DNA of 64,000 bases from an uncultured Candidatus Rokubacteria bacterium. GTDB lineage: Bacteria > Methylomirabilota > Methylomirabilia > Rokubacteriales > CSP1-6. The stretch covers positions 2,631,766 through 2,695,765 of the forward strand of contig CAVUPM010000002.1 in assembly GCA_963743355.1 (NCBI GenBank), in the 5' to 3' direction. Positions 26,729 through 36,621 of this stretch are shown piece by piece (within the stretch, counting starts at the first letter, position 1; each line of letters opens with the position of its first letter). A program made the translations under genes and the position numbers. Under the pieces are notes generated by a model. That model searched no databases. It was not told the DNA's origin and worked only from the letters and a program-made list of their open reading frames with translations.

Positions 26729-27406
26729 ATGACAACCGGATCTCCCCTGCGAAGCCGACGCGGCCGGCGCCGGGACGCCGCCGGGACGCGGGATGCCCTG
26801 CTGGCCGCCGGCACCGAGCTGTTCGCGGAGCGCGGCTACGAGGGCGTGCCGGTGTGGGCGATCGCCCAGGCGGCCGGCGTCAACAAGGCGATGATCAACT
26901 ACCACTTCGGCGGCAAGCGGAAGCTCTACCTGGCGATCGTGAGCGCCACCTTCTCGGAGATCGTGGCCACCGTGGAGAGCCTGGCCGCCTCGCCACGGCC
27001 GGCGCCGGACGTGCTTCGCGAGCTGATCGCCGTCGTGGGCGAGATGGTGACCCGACGCCACCCCCACTTCTGCACGATGATGCTGCGCGAGGTGCTGGCG
27101 GGCGGCAAGCACCTGGAGCCGGAGCTGATCGACAAGCCCGTGCGGATGCTGGCCGCCGTGCAGCGGATCGTGGCGCGCGGCGTCCATGAAGGGGCGTTTC
27201 GGCCCGTCGATCCCCTGCTGACCCACCTGAGCCTCGTGGGAAGTCTCGTCTTCTTCTTCGCGACCGGCCGCTTCCGCGAGCGCGTGCTCGCGGATCGCCG
27301 CCTGGCAATCAAGCCGCCGGACGCCGCCGCCTACGTGAAGCACATCCAGGACCTGGTCACTCACGGGCTGGCGGCTCCCGGGCCGAGCCCGAGCCGCCGC
27401 CCATGA
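26729..27406 (+). CDS. TetR-family transcriptional regulator (YbiH/CecR-like position)
   Basis: TetR-family N-terminal HTH (…TRDALLAAGTELFAERGYEGVPVWAIAQAAGVNKAMINYHFGGKRKLY…). First gene of the efflux operon. Its stop overlaps the hlyD start. Confidence 0.8.
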   Translation: MTTGSPLRSRRGRRRDAAGTRDALLAAGTELFAERGYEGVPVWAIAQAAGVNKAMINYHFGGKRKLYLAIVSATFSEIVATVESLAASPRPAPDVLRELIAVVGEMVTRRHPHFCTMMLREVLAGGKHLEPELIDKPVRMLAAVQRIVARGVHEGAFRPVDPLLTHLSLVGSLVFFFATGRFRERVLADRRLAIKPPDAAAYVKHIQDLVTHGLAAPGPSPSRRP

Positions 27407-28596
27407 GCCGGCGCCGGCGCTCGCTCGCGATCGTCGCCGTCCTCCTCCTGCTGGGCCTCGGCGGGTTCGCCGCCTGGCGTTTCTTTCTCGCGGGGCCCGA
27501 CGGCCCCCCGGGCGTGCTCGCCGTGAGCGGACGGATCGAAGGGGACGACGCCGCCATCGCCGCCAAGACCACCGGGCGGATCCGCGAGCTCACCGTGCGG
27601 GAAGGCGATCGCGTCGAAGCCGGCCAGGTCATCGCCATGCTCGACGACGAGCAGGTCCGCGCCCGTGAGCAGCAGGCGGCGGCCGCCGTCCGGCAGGCCG
27701 AGGCCCGCGTGCGCCTGGCCCAGCACCAGATCACGGTGCTCGAAGAGCAGCTCCGGCAGAGCCGGCTCGGTGTCGACCAGGCGCGCGTGGATGCCCAGGG
27801 CCGGGTCAGCGAGGCCGAAGGCCGGCTGGCCGCGGCCGAGGCCCAGCTGGCCCAGGCCGAGGCGTCGCACGCGCAAGCCCGGTGGGACCGCGAGGCGTTC
27901 ACGCGCCTCTACCAGCGCGAGCTCGTGGCCGAACAGGAGGTGCGACGGACGCAGCACAACGAGGAGGCGCAGGCGGCGGTGGTCGCGGCCGCGCGGCGTC
28001 AAGTCGAGGCCACCCGTGGCTCGCTCATGGCGGCGCGGGCCAATCTCGTCAATCCGGCCATTCGCGCCTCGCAGGTTGCCGCCGTCGAGGGGCAGATCCT
28101 CCAGGCTCGGGCGGACATCGCCGCCGCGCAGGCGGACGCCGAGCGCGCACGCGCTCAGCTCGAGGAGGCGCAGGCCAACCGCCGCGATCTCCACATCGTC
28201 GCGCCGTTCGGCGGCACCGTCGCGACGCGAACGGCCGAGCCGGGCGAGGTCGTCATGGCCGGTACGCCGGTCGTCACGCTGGTGAACCTGGGCGAGGTCT
28301 ATCTCCGGGCGTTCGTCCCCGAGGGCCAGATCGGGCGCGTGCGCGTGGGCCAGCCGGCGCGGGTCTATCTCGACTCCGCCCCGGCGACGCCGATCGACGC
28401 GCTCGTCTCCCGCGTCGATCCGGAGGCGTCGTTCACTCCCGAGAACACGTACTTCCGCGAGGACCGGGTGAAGCAGGTGGTCGGCGTGAAGCTGCAGCTC
28501 CGCGGCGCCGTCGGCTTCGCAAAGCCGGGGATGCCGGCCGACGGCGAGATCCTCGTCGACGGCAGCGTGTGGCCGACCCGTCAGGCGCGCCGATGA
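27403..28596 (+). CDS. HlyD-family membrane fusion protein (YbhG-like)
   Basis: N-terminal TM segment, long coiled-coil region, then a beta-barrel/lipoyl-like C-terminus (…VVTLVNLGEVYLRAFVPEGQIGRVRVGQPARVYLDS…). Confidence 0.8.
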   Translation: MSRRRRSLAIVAVLLLLGLGGFAAWRFFLAGPDGPPGVLAVSGRIEGDDAAIAAKTTGRIRELTVREGDRVEAGQVIAMLDDEQVRAREQQAAAAVRQAEARVRLAQHQITVLEEQLRQSRLGVDQARVDAQGRVSEAEGRLAAAEAQLAQAEASHAQARWDREAFTRLYQRELVAEQEVRRTQHNEEAQAAVVAAARRQVEATRGSLMAARANLVNPAIRASQVAAVEGQILQARADIAAAQADAERARAQLEEAQANRRDLHIVAPFGGTVATRTAEPGEVVMAGTPVVTLVNLGEVYLRAFVPEGQIGRVRVGQPARVYLDSAPATPIDALVSRVDPEASFTPENTYFREDRVKQVVGVKLQLRGAVGFAKPGMPADGEILVDGSVWPTRQARR

Positions 28597-30530
28597 ACGA
28601 TCCGGCCGCCGCCATCCGGGTCCGCGCGCTCACGAAGCGATACGGCGACGTCGAGGCGGTGCGTGGCATCGACCTCGACGTGGAGCCCGGCGAGATCTTC
28701 GGTCTCATCGGACCGGACGGCGCCGGGAAGACCTCGACCTTCCAGATCCTGGGCGGCGTGATGGAGGCGACGTCCGGCGCCGCCGAGCTGCTCGGGCGGC
28801 CGGCGCGCGAGGCGCGGGCGTTCGTGGGCTACCTCACCCAGGCGTTCAGCCTCTACCCGGACCTGAGCGTGGCGGAGAATCTCCGGTACGTGGGCGAGCT
28901 GCGGCGAGTGCCGGTGCCGGCGATCGAGCAGCGCGGGCACCGCTATCTCACGATGTTCGGGATGGAGCGCTTCACCGGCCGGCTGGCCGGGCGGCTCAGC
29001 GGTGGCATGAAGCAGAAGCTGGCGCTGGCCTGCGCGCTGGTGGCCGAGCCGCGCATCCTCCTTCTCGACGAGCCGACGACGGGCGTCGATCCGGTCTCCC
29101 GTCGCGAGTTCTGGGACGCGCTCGCCCAGCTCTCGAGCGAGGGCATCACCATCGTGCTGGCGACGCCGTACCTGGACGAGGCGGAGCGCTGTCATCGCGT
29201 CGCCCTCATGCACGAGGGGCGCATCCACCGGACCGGGACGCCGGCTGCGCTGCGCCAGGCCCTCGGACTGCAGCGCCTCGAGGTGCGCGCGGCGGACCTG
29301 CGCCGGGCGGAGACGACGCTGGCGCAGCGCGACGGCATCGTCGACGTCCAGCGCTTCGGCGACCGTCTCGACGTGATGGTGCGCGACGTGCAGGCCGGCG
29401 AACGCACCGTCCGCGAGACGCTGGCCGGCGCCCACCTCACCGTGGAGAGCGTTCGGCCGGCGACGCCCACGCTCGAGAACACGTTCGTCGCCCTTCTGCG
29501 TGGTCTCGAGGGTGACCCGCGCATCCCCGAGTTCCCGGGCGGCGGCGACCACGGGCCGTCCGACGGCGCGGTGGCCATCGGCGCCCAGGCCCTGAGAAAG
29601 CGGTTCGACGCGTTCGAGGCCGTCAAGGGGATCGATCTGCACGTGCGCTACGGCGAAGTGTATGGCCTGCTCGGCGCCAACGGCGCGGGAAAGACCACCA
29701 CGATCAAGATGCTCTGCGGCCTGCTGGAGCCGAGCGAGGGCGAGGTGCGGCTGGCGGGCGAGGTCGACGAGCTGCGCTCCGCGAGGGTGCGCCAGCAGGT
29801 CGGCTACATGTCACAGAAGTTCTCCCTGTACGACGACCTCACGATCGACGAGAACCTCGACTTCTTCGCCGGCGTCTATCGCGTGCCGTCCGCGCGGCGC
29901 GCCGCGCGGAAGCGCTGGGTCCTCGAGTTCGCCGGCCTCGAAGGCCGCGGAGGTCAGCTCACCGGCAGCCTGCCGGGCGGATGGAAGCAGCGCGTGGCGT
30001 TCGGCGCGGCGATCATGCACGAGCCGCGCGTCCTCTTCCTCGACGAGCCGACGTCGGGGGTGGATCCGATCGCCCGCCGCGCGTTCTGGGCCATGATCAA
30101 CCGGCTCGCCGACCAGGGCACCGCGATCCTGGTCACCACGCACTACCTGGAAGAAGCCGAGCAGTGCAACCGTCTGGGGTTCATGGTCGCCGGCGAGCTC
30201 GTGGCGGAGGGCACGCCCAGCGGCGTGAAGGCCGCCCAGGGCGGCCGCGTGCTCGAGATCCGCACCGACGCGCCCCAGCGCGCGGTGACGTTGCTGAAGA
30301 GGGAAATGGAGCCCTGGCGCGTCTCGCTCTTCGGCGATCGGTTCCACGTCATCGTCGAGGGCGACGCCGAGGCCGCCGCGCGCCGGCTCGAGGCCCGGCT
30401 CGCGCGCGACGGCATCCGGGTCCTCGAGGCGACCGCGCAGGACTACACGCTGGAGGACGTCTTCCTGGTCATCGCCGAGAAGGGCGGAGCGCTATGCGAC
30501 GGATCCTCGCCCAGGCCCGCAAGGAGCTGA
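28593..30530 (+). CDS. ABC transporter ATP-binding protein with two tandem ATPase domains (YbhF-like)
   Basis: Two full cassettes: GPDGAGKTST/LSGGMKQKLALACAL/LLLDEPTTGVD and GANGAGKTTTIKM/LPGGWKQRVAFGAAI/LFLDEPTSGVD. Confidence 0.85.
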   Translation: MNDPAAAIRVRALTKRYGDVEAVRGIDLDVEPGEIFGLIGPDGAGKTSTFQILGGVMEATSGAAELLGRPAREARAFVGYLTQAFSLYPDLSVAENLRYVGELRRVPVPAIEQRGHRYLTMFGMERFTGRLAGRLSGGMKQKLALACALVAEPRILLLDEPTTGVDPVSRREFWDALAQLSSEGITIVLATPYLDEAERCHRVALMHEGRIHRTGTPAALRQALGLQRLEVRAADLRRAETTLAQRDGIVDVQRFGDRLDVMVRDVQAGERTVRETLAGAHLTVESVRPATPTLENTFVALLRGLEGDPRIPEFPGGGDHGPSDGAVAIGAQALRKRFDAFEAVKGIDLHVRYGEVYGLLGANGAGKTTTIKMLCGLLEPSEGEVRLAGEVDELRSARVRQQVGYMSQKFSLYDDLTIDENLDFFAGVYRVPSARRAARKRWVLEFAGLEGRGGQLTGSLPGGWKQRVAFGAAIMHEPRVLFLDEPTSGVDPIARRAFWAMINRLADQGTAILVTTHYLEEAEQCNRLGFMVAGELVAEGTPSGVKAAQGGRVLEIRTDAPQRAVTLLKREMEPWRVSLFGDRFHVIVEGDAEAAARRLEARLARDGIRVLEATAQDYTLEDVFLVIAEKGGALCDGSSPRPARS

Positions 30531-31600
30531 TCCAGCTCCTCCGCGACCGACTCGCCCTGGCCCTGGCCCTGGTGCTGCCGATCGGCCTCATCGCGCTGCT
30601 CGGCACGTCGATCTCCCTCACGGTGACCGACATCCCGATCGTCATCCAGGATCTCGATCAGACGCCGCTGTCCCGCCGGTACGCCGACGCGTTCCGGAAC
30701 TCGCTGACGTTCCGCGTGATCACGCTGCCACCCGCGACGTCGCCGGAGGCGATGCTGGCGCGCGGGCGGGCGCGGGCGGCGGTCATCATTCCCGAGCACT
30801 TCGCGCGGGAGATCCTCCGCGGCCGGCCGGCCGAAGCGCAGATGCTCGTCGACGCGACCGACAGCAACACCGCGCTGCTCACCCGGGGCAGCGCCGGACA
30901 GGTCACCCGCGCCTTCGCGCGACAGGTCGTCCCGGCCCGCCCGCCGCCCGCCATCCAGACCGCGACCCGGCTCTGGTTCAATCCCGGTCGCGAGCCGCGG
31001 AAATTCTACGGTCCCGGGTTCCTGGTGCTGGCCCTGTCGATCTTCCCGACCGTGCTCGCCGCCCTCGCCATGTCGCGCGAGGGCGAGCAGAAGACGATCC
31101 TCCAGGTGTACGTCTCCAGCATCTCGGCCCACGAGTTCCTGCTCGGCAAGATCCTGGCCGGCATGGCGATCGGGCTCACCCAGTGGCTGCTCGCGATCGG
31201 GCTCATGTTCACGCTGTTCGGCCTGCGGCTCGCCGGCGATCCCACGCCCCTGGTGGCCGGAAGCGTGCTGTTCGTGTTCTGCGTGGTGAGCTTCGGCTCC
31301 CTCGTCGGCGCGGCCATCCCCAACCAGGCCGCGGCCGTCCAGGCCGTCGGACTCGGCGGATTCCTCCTCTCATTCCTCCTCTCGGGTCTCATCTTCCCCA
31401 TCGAGAACATCCCCGACGGGCTGCGGTGGATCTCGAGCCTCGTCCAGGCCCGCTACTACGTCGTCATCGTGCGCGACGCCTTCCTGCAAGGCGCGGGCTG
31501 GCCGGCCGTGTGGTGGGCGGTGCTGGCGATCGGCGCCATCGGGCTGGTGTTCTACGGTCTCGCGTGGCGCGCGATGCACCGCATGCAGGTGAAGGCGTGA
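30494..31600 (+). CDS. ABC-2 family permease (YbhS-like)
   Basis: 368 aa, one N-terminal TM segment, a large periplasmic loop and 5 C-terminal TM segments. Overlaps the ATPase 3' end. Confidence 0.8.
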   Translation: MRRILAQARKELIQLLRDRLALALALVLPIGLIALLGTSISLTVTDIPIVIQDLDQTPLSRRYADAFRNSLTFRVITLPPATSPEAMLARGRARAAVIIPEHFAREILRGRPAEAQMLVDATDSNTALLTRGSAGQVTRAFARQVVPARPPPAIQTATRLWFNPGREPRKFYGPGFLVLALSIFPTVLAALAMSREGEQKTILQVYVSSISAHEFLLGKILAGMAIGLTQWLLAIGLMFTLFGLRLAGDPTPLVAGSVLFVFCVVSFGSLVGAAIPNQAAAVQAVGLGGFLLSFLLSGLIFPIENIPDGLRWISSLVQARYYVVIVRDAFLQGAGWPAVWWAVLAIGAIGLVFYGLAWRAMHRMQVKA

Positions 31601-32721
31601 GGCGCGCCTGGAGCCGCCTCTTCGGGGGGCGCTTCTGGGCGCTCGCGCTGAAGGAGCTCCGGCAGATCCGGCGTGACCGGCGGCTCACGATCTCGCTGAT
31701 CGTGCCGCCGACGCTGCAGATCCTCCTGTTCGGCTTCGCGCTGGATTCCGATGTCCGCAATCTGCGTCTGGGGATCGTCGACGAGAGCCGTACGACCGAG
31801 AGCCGCGAGCTGATCTCCGTGCTCACGGAGAACGACACGTTCCGGCTCGCCGGCGCCTACGCGACCCCGGCGGCGCTCGGGCAGGCACTCGCCGCGGGCC
31901 GCCTGGATGTCGGCGTGGTCGTGCCGTACGATTTCGCGCGCCTGCGCGCGCGGGGGCGCCCGGCGACGGTGCAGGTGCTGCTCAACGCCGCCAACGCCAA
32001 CACCGCGCAGATCGCCCAGGGGTACGTGGAGGGCGCGGTCGCCTGGCTCAACCGCGGTCTTCACGGGACCCGGGCGACCCCCGTCGAGCTCCGGGCGGCC
32101 TACCTCTACAACCCGGGCCTGGTGAACGCGTGGTTCATCGTGACGGGGGTGTTCGGGACACTGATCATCCTGAACGGCTCGCTCGTCTCCGCCGCCACGA
32201 TGATCCGGGAGAAGGAGCGCGGCACCGTCGAGCAGCTCCTGATGACCCCGGCCAGCGCGCTCGAGGTGGTGGCGGCGAAGCTCGTGCCGCTGTTCCTCCT
32301 GCTCATGGCGATGGTCGGGCTCGTGCTGATGATCGCCGGTCTGGTGTTCCACGTCCCGTTCCGTGGCAATCCCGTGCTCGTGCTCGCCGCCTGCGCGTGT
32401 TGCGTGCTGACCGGGATCGGCCTCGGCACCCTCATCTCCACCTTCGCCCGCTCCGCCAACCAGACCCAGCTCATCAGCTTCTTCGTGAACCCGCCGCTCG
32501 CGATGCTGTCCGGGGGGCTGACGCCGATCGAGGCGATGCCGCACTGGGTCCAGCCCCTGACGCTCCTCAACCCCATCGCGCACTTCGCGACGATCGCGCG
32601 CAGCGTGCTCGTGAAGGGCGCCGGCCTCGACGTCGTCTACCCGAACCTCCTCGCGCTGATCGCGCTGGCGAGCCTCTTCGTGGGCGTCAGCGCCTGGCGG
32701 TTCCGTCGCCAGCTGGGCTAG
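31597..32721 (+). CDS. ABC-2 family permease (YbhR-like)
   Basis: 374 aa paralogue of the previous gene. A GTGA arrangement overlaps the upstream stop. Confidence 0.8.
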   Translation: MRRAWSRLFGGRFWALALKELRQIRRDRRLTISLIVPPTLQILLFGFALDSDVRNLRLGIVDESRTTESRELISVLTENDTFRLAGAYATPAALGQALAAGRLDVGVVVPYDFARLRARGRPATVQVLLNAANANTAQIAQGYVEGAVAWLNRGLHGTRATPVELRAAYLYNPGLVNAWFIVTGVFGTLIILNGSLVSAATMIREKERGTVEQLLMTPASALEVVAAKLVPLFLLLMAMVGLVLMIAGLVFHVPFRGNPVLVLAACACCVLTGIGLGTLISTFARSANQTQLISFFVNPPLAMLSGGLTPIEAMPHWVQPLTLLNPIAHFATIARSVLVKGAGLDVVYPNLLALIALASLFVGVSAWRFRRQLG

Positions 32722-32801
32722 CCCGGCGAATCCCTCGCGTGCGCGCCCGGCATCTCAGAAGGGTCGGAATGGCACCGGGGACCGCTTCTACCGGCGCTGG
32801 T

Positions 32802-33637
32802 TCACGACGTGAAGCGGTCGACACCGGTGCCGCGGTAGAGGATCCTCGCCGAGCGGGCTACCGACTCCGCGTGGTGCGCGCGCGCCGGGGGCGCGAGGTC
32901 GGCCGTGGGCGCGCGCTCGGCGACGAAGTGGTGATGGTCGTCGACACCGCGCACGAGCATGGCCCCGTCCTCGCCGCCGGCGAGCTGCTTCACGTAGGTC
33001 GGGATGTAGCGGATCGCGAAGCCGATGCGCCGGTCGCCCGATCGGTTGGCGCGGCGAGCCGTGGACCATCCGCACGTGGTGCAGCGACATCTCGCCGGCG
33101 CGCAGCAGGATGTCGACCCCGCGCGCCTCGTCCACCTCGACGGCGATCTCCTGGCCCCGCGACAGCAGGTTGTGCGGCGCGAACGTGTCGTGGTGGGCGA
33201 GCTGCTCGCCGTGCGAGCCCGGCACCATCCGCATCGCGCCGTTCTCGACGGTGGCCTCGGTGAAGGCCACCCACGCGGTGACGACGTCCGGCTCGCTCAG
33301 CCCCCAGTACGTCGCGTCCTGGTGCCAGGACACGAAGGCGGGGTCGCGCGGCCTCCTTGGTGAAGAAGCTCGTGCTCCACACCAGGAGGTTCGGGCCGAG
33401 CACATCCTCGACGGCGGCGAGGATGGTCGGGTGACGCACGAGGTCGGCCAGCCACGTGAACAGCAGGTGCGGCTTCTGGCGCAGCTCGGCGGTGAGCCGG
33501 CCCCCGTGCGCGGCCTCGACGGCTTCGAGCCGGCGCCGGCGCTCCCGCGCCTCCTCCGGCGTGAGCACGGGGATCGGGAAGTAGAACCCGTCGCGGCGAT
33601 ATCGATCGAGCGCCGAGGCGGACAGGAGCTTCGTCAT
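32802..33637 (-). pseudogene. Phytanoyl-CoA dioxygenase (PhyH)-family Fe(II)/2OG oxygenase with 2 frameshifts
   Basis: MTKLLSASALDRYRRDGFYFPIPVLTPEEARERRRRLEAVE…STSFFTKEA | RDPAFVSWHQDATYWGLSEPDVVTAWVAFTEATVENGAMRMVPGSH…HHVRMVHGS | …KQLAGGEDGAMLVRGVDDHHHFVAERAPTA…. Confidence 0.7.
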
Positions 33638-34275
33638 GACGTGCGTGCCCACACCACGTACAGCGGATCGCCGTTGCCGTCGGGCGACCGATCCTCCTCC
33701 TTCACGTCCCGCCAGCCGCCGGCGGCCTCGAAGTAGGAGCGGACCAGCATCACGTGTTGCTGGTCGGTGGCGTCGAGCCAGACGGCGACGGCCTTGGTGG
33801 GAAAGCAGCGGTTGGAGAAGGACACCACGAACGGCGCGCCCGGCTTCAGCACCCGGTGCAGCTCCCGCACGAGCAACACCGGGTGGGTCACGTACTGGAT
33901 GGAGACCGCGCACATGGCGCCGTCGAACTCGGCGTCGTCGAACGGCAGGGCCGGGTCGCGGTTCACGTCGTGCACGACGGCGCGCGTGAGCCGGGGGTTG
34001 TCGGCCATCTCCTCGGCGTTCATCCCCAGGCCCACCACCTCGCCGGCGGCAAGCCCGTCGGGGAGATGGCTGCGCCAGCTGCTCATCAGATCCAGCAGGC
34101 GTCCACCCGAGGGCAGCACATCGGCATAGAGCCGGCCGAGCGCGGCGATGGCCCCCTCGTCGAGGTGGACGACCTTGCGCGCGAAGCTGTAGAACCCGCC
34201 ATCGGGGGACTCGTCGTCCCGCGCGTAGGCCTCCGGCGGAAACAGACCGTCGCCGCGGGGCGGCTGGGAGGTCAA
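33634..34275 (-). CDS. Class I SAM-dependent methyltransferase
   Basis: MTase fold motifs (…GRLLDLMSS…VVGLGMNAEEMADNP…FDDAEFDGAMCAVSIQYVTHPVLLVRELHRVLKPGAPFVVSF). The start is tentatively a TTG that overlaps the upstream TGA. Confidence 0.6.
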   Translation of the reverse strand: MTSQPPRGDGLFPPEAYARDDESPDGGFYSFARKVVHLDEGAIAALGRLYADVLPSGGRLLDLMSSWRSHLPDGLAAGEVVGLGMNAEEMADNPRLTRAVVHDVNRDPALPFDDAEFDGAMCAVSIQYVTHPVLLVRELHRVLKPGAPFVVSFSNRCFPTKAVAVWLDATDQQHVMLVRSYFEAAGGWRDVKEEDRSPDGNGDPLYVVWARTS

Positions 34276-34697
34276 TGCGCGGCGGCCGCCTCCGGCATCT
34301 GCGCGATCACCCGGGTCTCGTGCACCGCGGGCGAATAGATCTCGAGGATCTCGACGTCGTCCGAGCACTCGAGCTCGTTGTGGACGATGCCGGCCGGCTG
34401 CAGCACGCAGTCGCCCGCCTGGAACGTGTGCTCGCCCTGCCCCTCGTAGACGAACTTCATCCAGCCCTTGAGGACGTAGAACATCTGGAAGTCGCACTGG
34501 TGCTGGTGCAGGCCGGTGGTGTGCAGGTCGTGCGAGCCCGGCGCGTCCTTCTTGATCCGCACCACGTGGGCGCGGAACTGCCCGTGGGTCGCATTCGCGA
34601 TGCCCAGGTCCCGGTACTCCATGAAGCTGCGCAGGCCCGTCTTGTAGACCGCGTCCTCGGCCCGGCTCACGCTGAAGAGCTGCTTGTCGTCACTCAT
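34272..34697 (-). CDS. Cupin_2-domain protein
   Basis: 141 aa (…GSHDLHTTGLHQHQCDFQMFYVLKGWMKFVYEGQGEHTFQAGDCVLQPAGIVHNE…). Confidence 0.7.
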   Translation of the reverse strand: MSDDKQLFSVSRAEDAVYKTGLRSFMEYRDLGIANATHGQFRAHVVRIKKDAPGSHDLHTTGLHQHQCDFQMFYVLKGWMKFVYEGQGEHTFQAGDCVLQPAGIVHNELECSDDVEILEIYSPAVHETRVIAQMPEAAAAH

Positions 34698-34747
34698 CGC
34701 CGATCCCTCCCTGGGGGTGCGCTGCGCTGTCTCAGCTTCAGCGGCTC

Positions 34748-35204
34748 ACGACGTCGCCGGTCTCGATGTCCATCAGATCGCGCCGGGGCCCCAGCGTCTG
34801 CATGGCCTCGAACCCATGCTCGACCATGTCGCAGTAGAGCTCCACGCGGTTGCCGTCGGGGTCGGCGAAGTAGATGCTGCGCGTCACGTTGTGCGCGATG
34901 GTCGACGTCGACGGCGATGCCGAGGTCGTGCAGCTCGCGGTAGGCGGCCTGCAGCTCGCCGAAGCTGCCGAGCTGCCAGGCCATGTGGTGCAGACCCGGC
35001 TGCGTCGTCGCCGGCGTCTCGCCGGTGGCCAGCTGGAACAGGGCCAGGTCGTGGTGCTGCTCGCCGACGCTCAGGAACACCGCCCCCCATTCCTGCTGCT
35101 CGTACGCCACCTTCAGACCCCAACGCGCGGGTGTAGAACTCCTTGGACTTCTGGACGTCCCTGACCTTGAGAACGACGTGGCCGAGCTTGCGAGCCTGGA
35201 TCAT
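34748..35204 (-). pseudogene. Glyoxalase/bleomycin-resistance/dioxygenase (VOC) family protein with 2 frameshifts
   Basis: MIQARKLGHVVLKVRDVQKSKEFYTRALG | …AYEQQEWGAVFLSVGEQHHDLALFQLATGE…HHMAWQLGS…GIAVDVDH | …DPDGNRVELYCDMVEHGFEAMQTLGP…. Confidence 0.6.
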
Positions 35205-35301
35205 GCCTGTGCTCCCGCGCCATCGCGGCGCCCCGACGGTTCGAGCGATGCCGTTACCTTATCGCCCGACGCCAGTATAGACGCCCGAGGGGGGCCAGGT
35301 C

Positions 35302-36094
35302 ATGGGGATCGCGGAGAGCGGCGCGCTGAGGGGCAAGGTAGCCATCATCACGGGCGCGGCCACCGGCATCGGCCGGGCCAGCGCCCTGCTGTTCGCGCAG
35401 GCCGGCGCCCGGGTGGCGCTGGCCGACGCCCGCGCGAGCCGGAGCTGGCCCGCACGGTCGCGGATGTGCGCGCGGCCGGCGGTGAGGTCGCGTCGATCAC
35501 GGCCGATCTCGCCCGTCCCGGAGGACTGCGCCGCGGTGGTGACGAGACCGTGCGGACGTTCGGCCGGCTCGACGTGCTGCTCAACAACGCCGGGCGTCGG
35601 CACGATGGTCGTCGGCGGCACGGTCGAGACGATCACGCTCGAGCACTGGGACCTGGCCCAGGACGTCAACGTGCGCGCGATGTACCTGGTGAGCCGCGCG
35701 GCGGTGCCGCACCTGCGGACCGCCGGCGGCGGCGCCATCGTGAACGTCTCGTCGGTGTCGGCTTTCCGCGGCTCGGTCGAGCGCCCGAGCCACGCCTACG
35801 CGGCATCCAAGGGCGCGGTGCTCGCGCCTCACCCGGGCGATGGCGGCCTCGTACGGACGCGACGGCATCCGGGTGAACGCGATCTGCCCGGGTACGATCC
35901 GCACGCGCCTGACGGCCGACATCGTCGGGCGCGTGGAGCAGGCCTCGAAGGAGGGCCACGGCATTCCGCTGGGCCGGGTCGGCGAGCCGGAGGACATCGC
36001 CCGGTGCGCGCTGTTCCTGGCCTCCGACGACGCGTCGTTCATCTCGGGCGCCCACATCGTCGCCGACGGCGGGGCGCTGGCGGCGTCGGCCTGA
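35302..36094 (+). pseudogene. SDR-family oxidoreductase with at least 3 frameshifts
   Basis: MGIAESGALRGKVAIITGAATGIGRASALLFAQAGARVALADARA | …EVASITADLARP… | …MVVGGTVETITLEHWDLAQDVNVRAMYLVSRAAVPHLRTAGGGAIVNVSSVSAFRG… | …GIRVNAICPGTIRT…ASDDASFISGAHIVADGGALAASA*. Confidence 0.65.
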
Positions 36095-36100
36095 GCGTCG

Positions 36101-36620
36101 CCTCACTCGATGACCTGATTGGCCCGCAGCAGCAGCGACGGCGGAATCGTGAGTCCGAGCGCTTTGGCCGTCTTCATGTTGATCACCAGCTCAAACGTCG
36201 TGGCTGCTCGATCGGCAGGTCGCCGGCGTTCGTGCCCTTCAAGATCAGGTGAACGTACCGCGCTGCGCGCTTGCCAATCGATGGAGCGTCACCTGAAGGC
36301 CGCGCGCGGCCTGCTCGAGCGCGCCCCAGACGGCCCGGACCAATGGCTGGTCCGGCTCGCCTGGTATCAACACGGCGACCTTCGACGCTTCCGGAACGGC
36401 GAGCTTGAGGAACTCCAGGTTCTTGCCGGCGAGCTCCGGTCCGACGAAGGAGAACCCGGTCAGGTTCCCGGCGGGTCGAGCGAGGCTCGCTGCGAATCCC
36501 GAGCCGACCGGATCGCCGACGCCGATGAATACGATCGGCAGTGTCGTCGTTGCGTTTCTCACCGCCACGGTCACCGGCCGCCGAGACCGTGAGGAAGTGG
36601 CGTCGGTCCAGCGCCTGCAC
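36101..36620 (-). pseudogene. Remnant of an ABC_sub_bind-type (PF04392-like) substrate-binding protein gene, 5'-truncated and frameshifted
   Basis: Conserved pieces ATTTLPIVFIGVGDPVGSGFAASLARPAGNLTGFSFV… and …[52 protein letters not shown] are in different frames. Only about 20 codons precede the ATTTIPIVF block, where about 100 are expected. Confidence 0.5.
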
Positions 36621-36621
36621 C

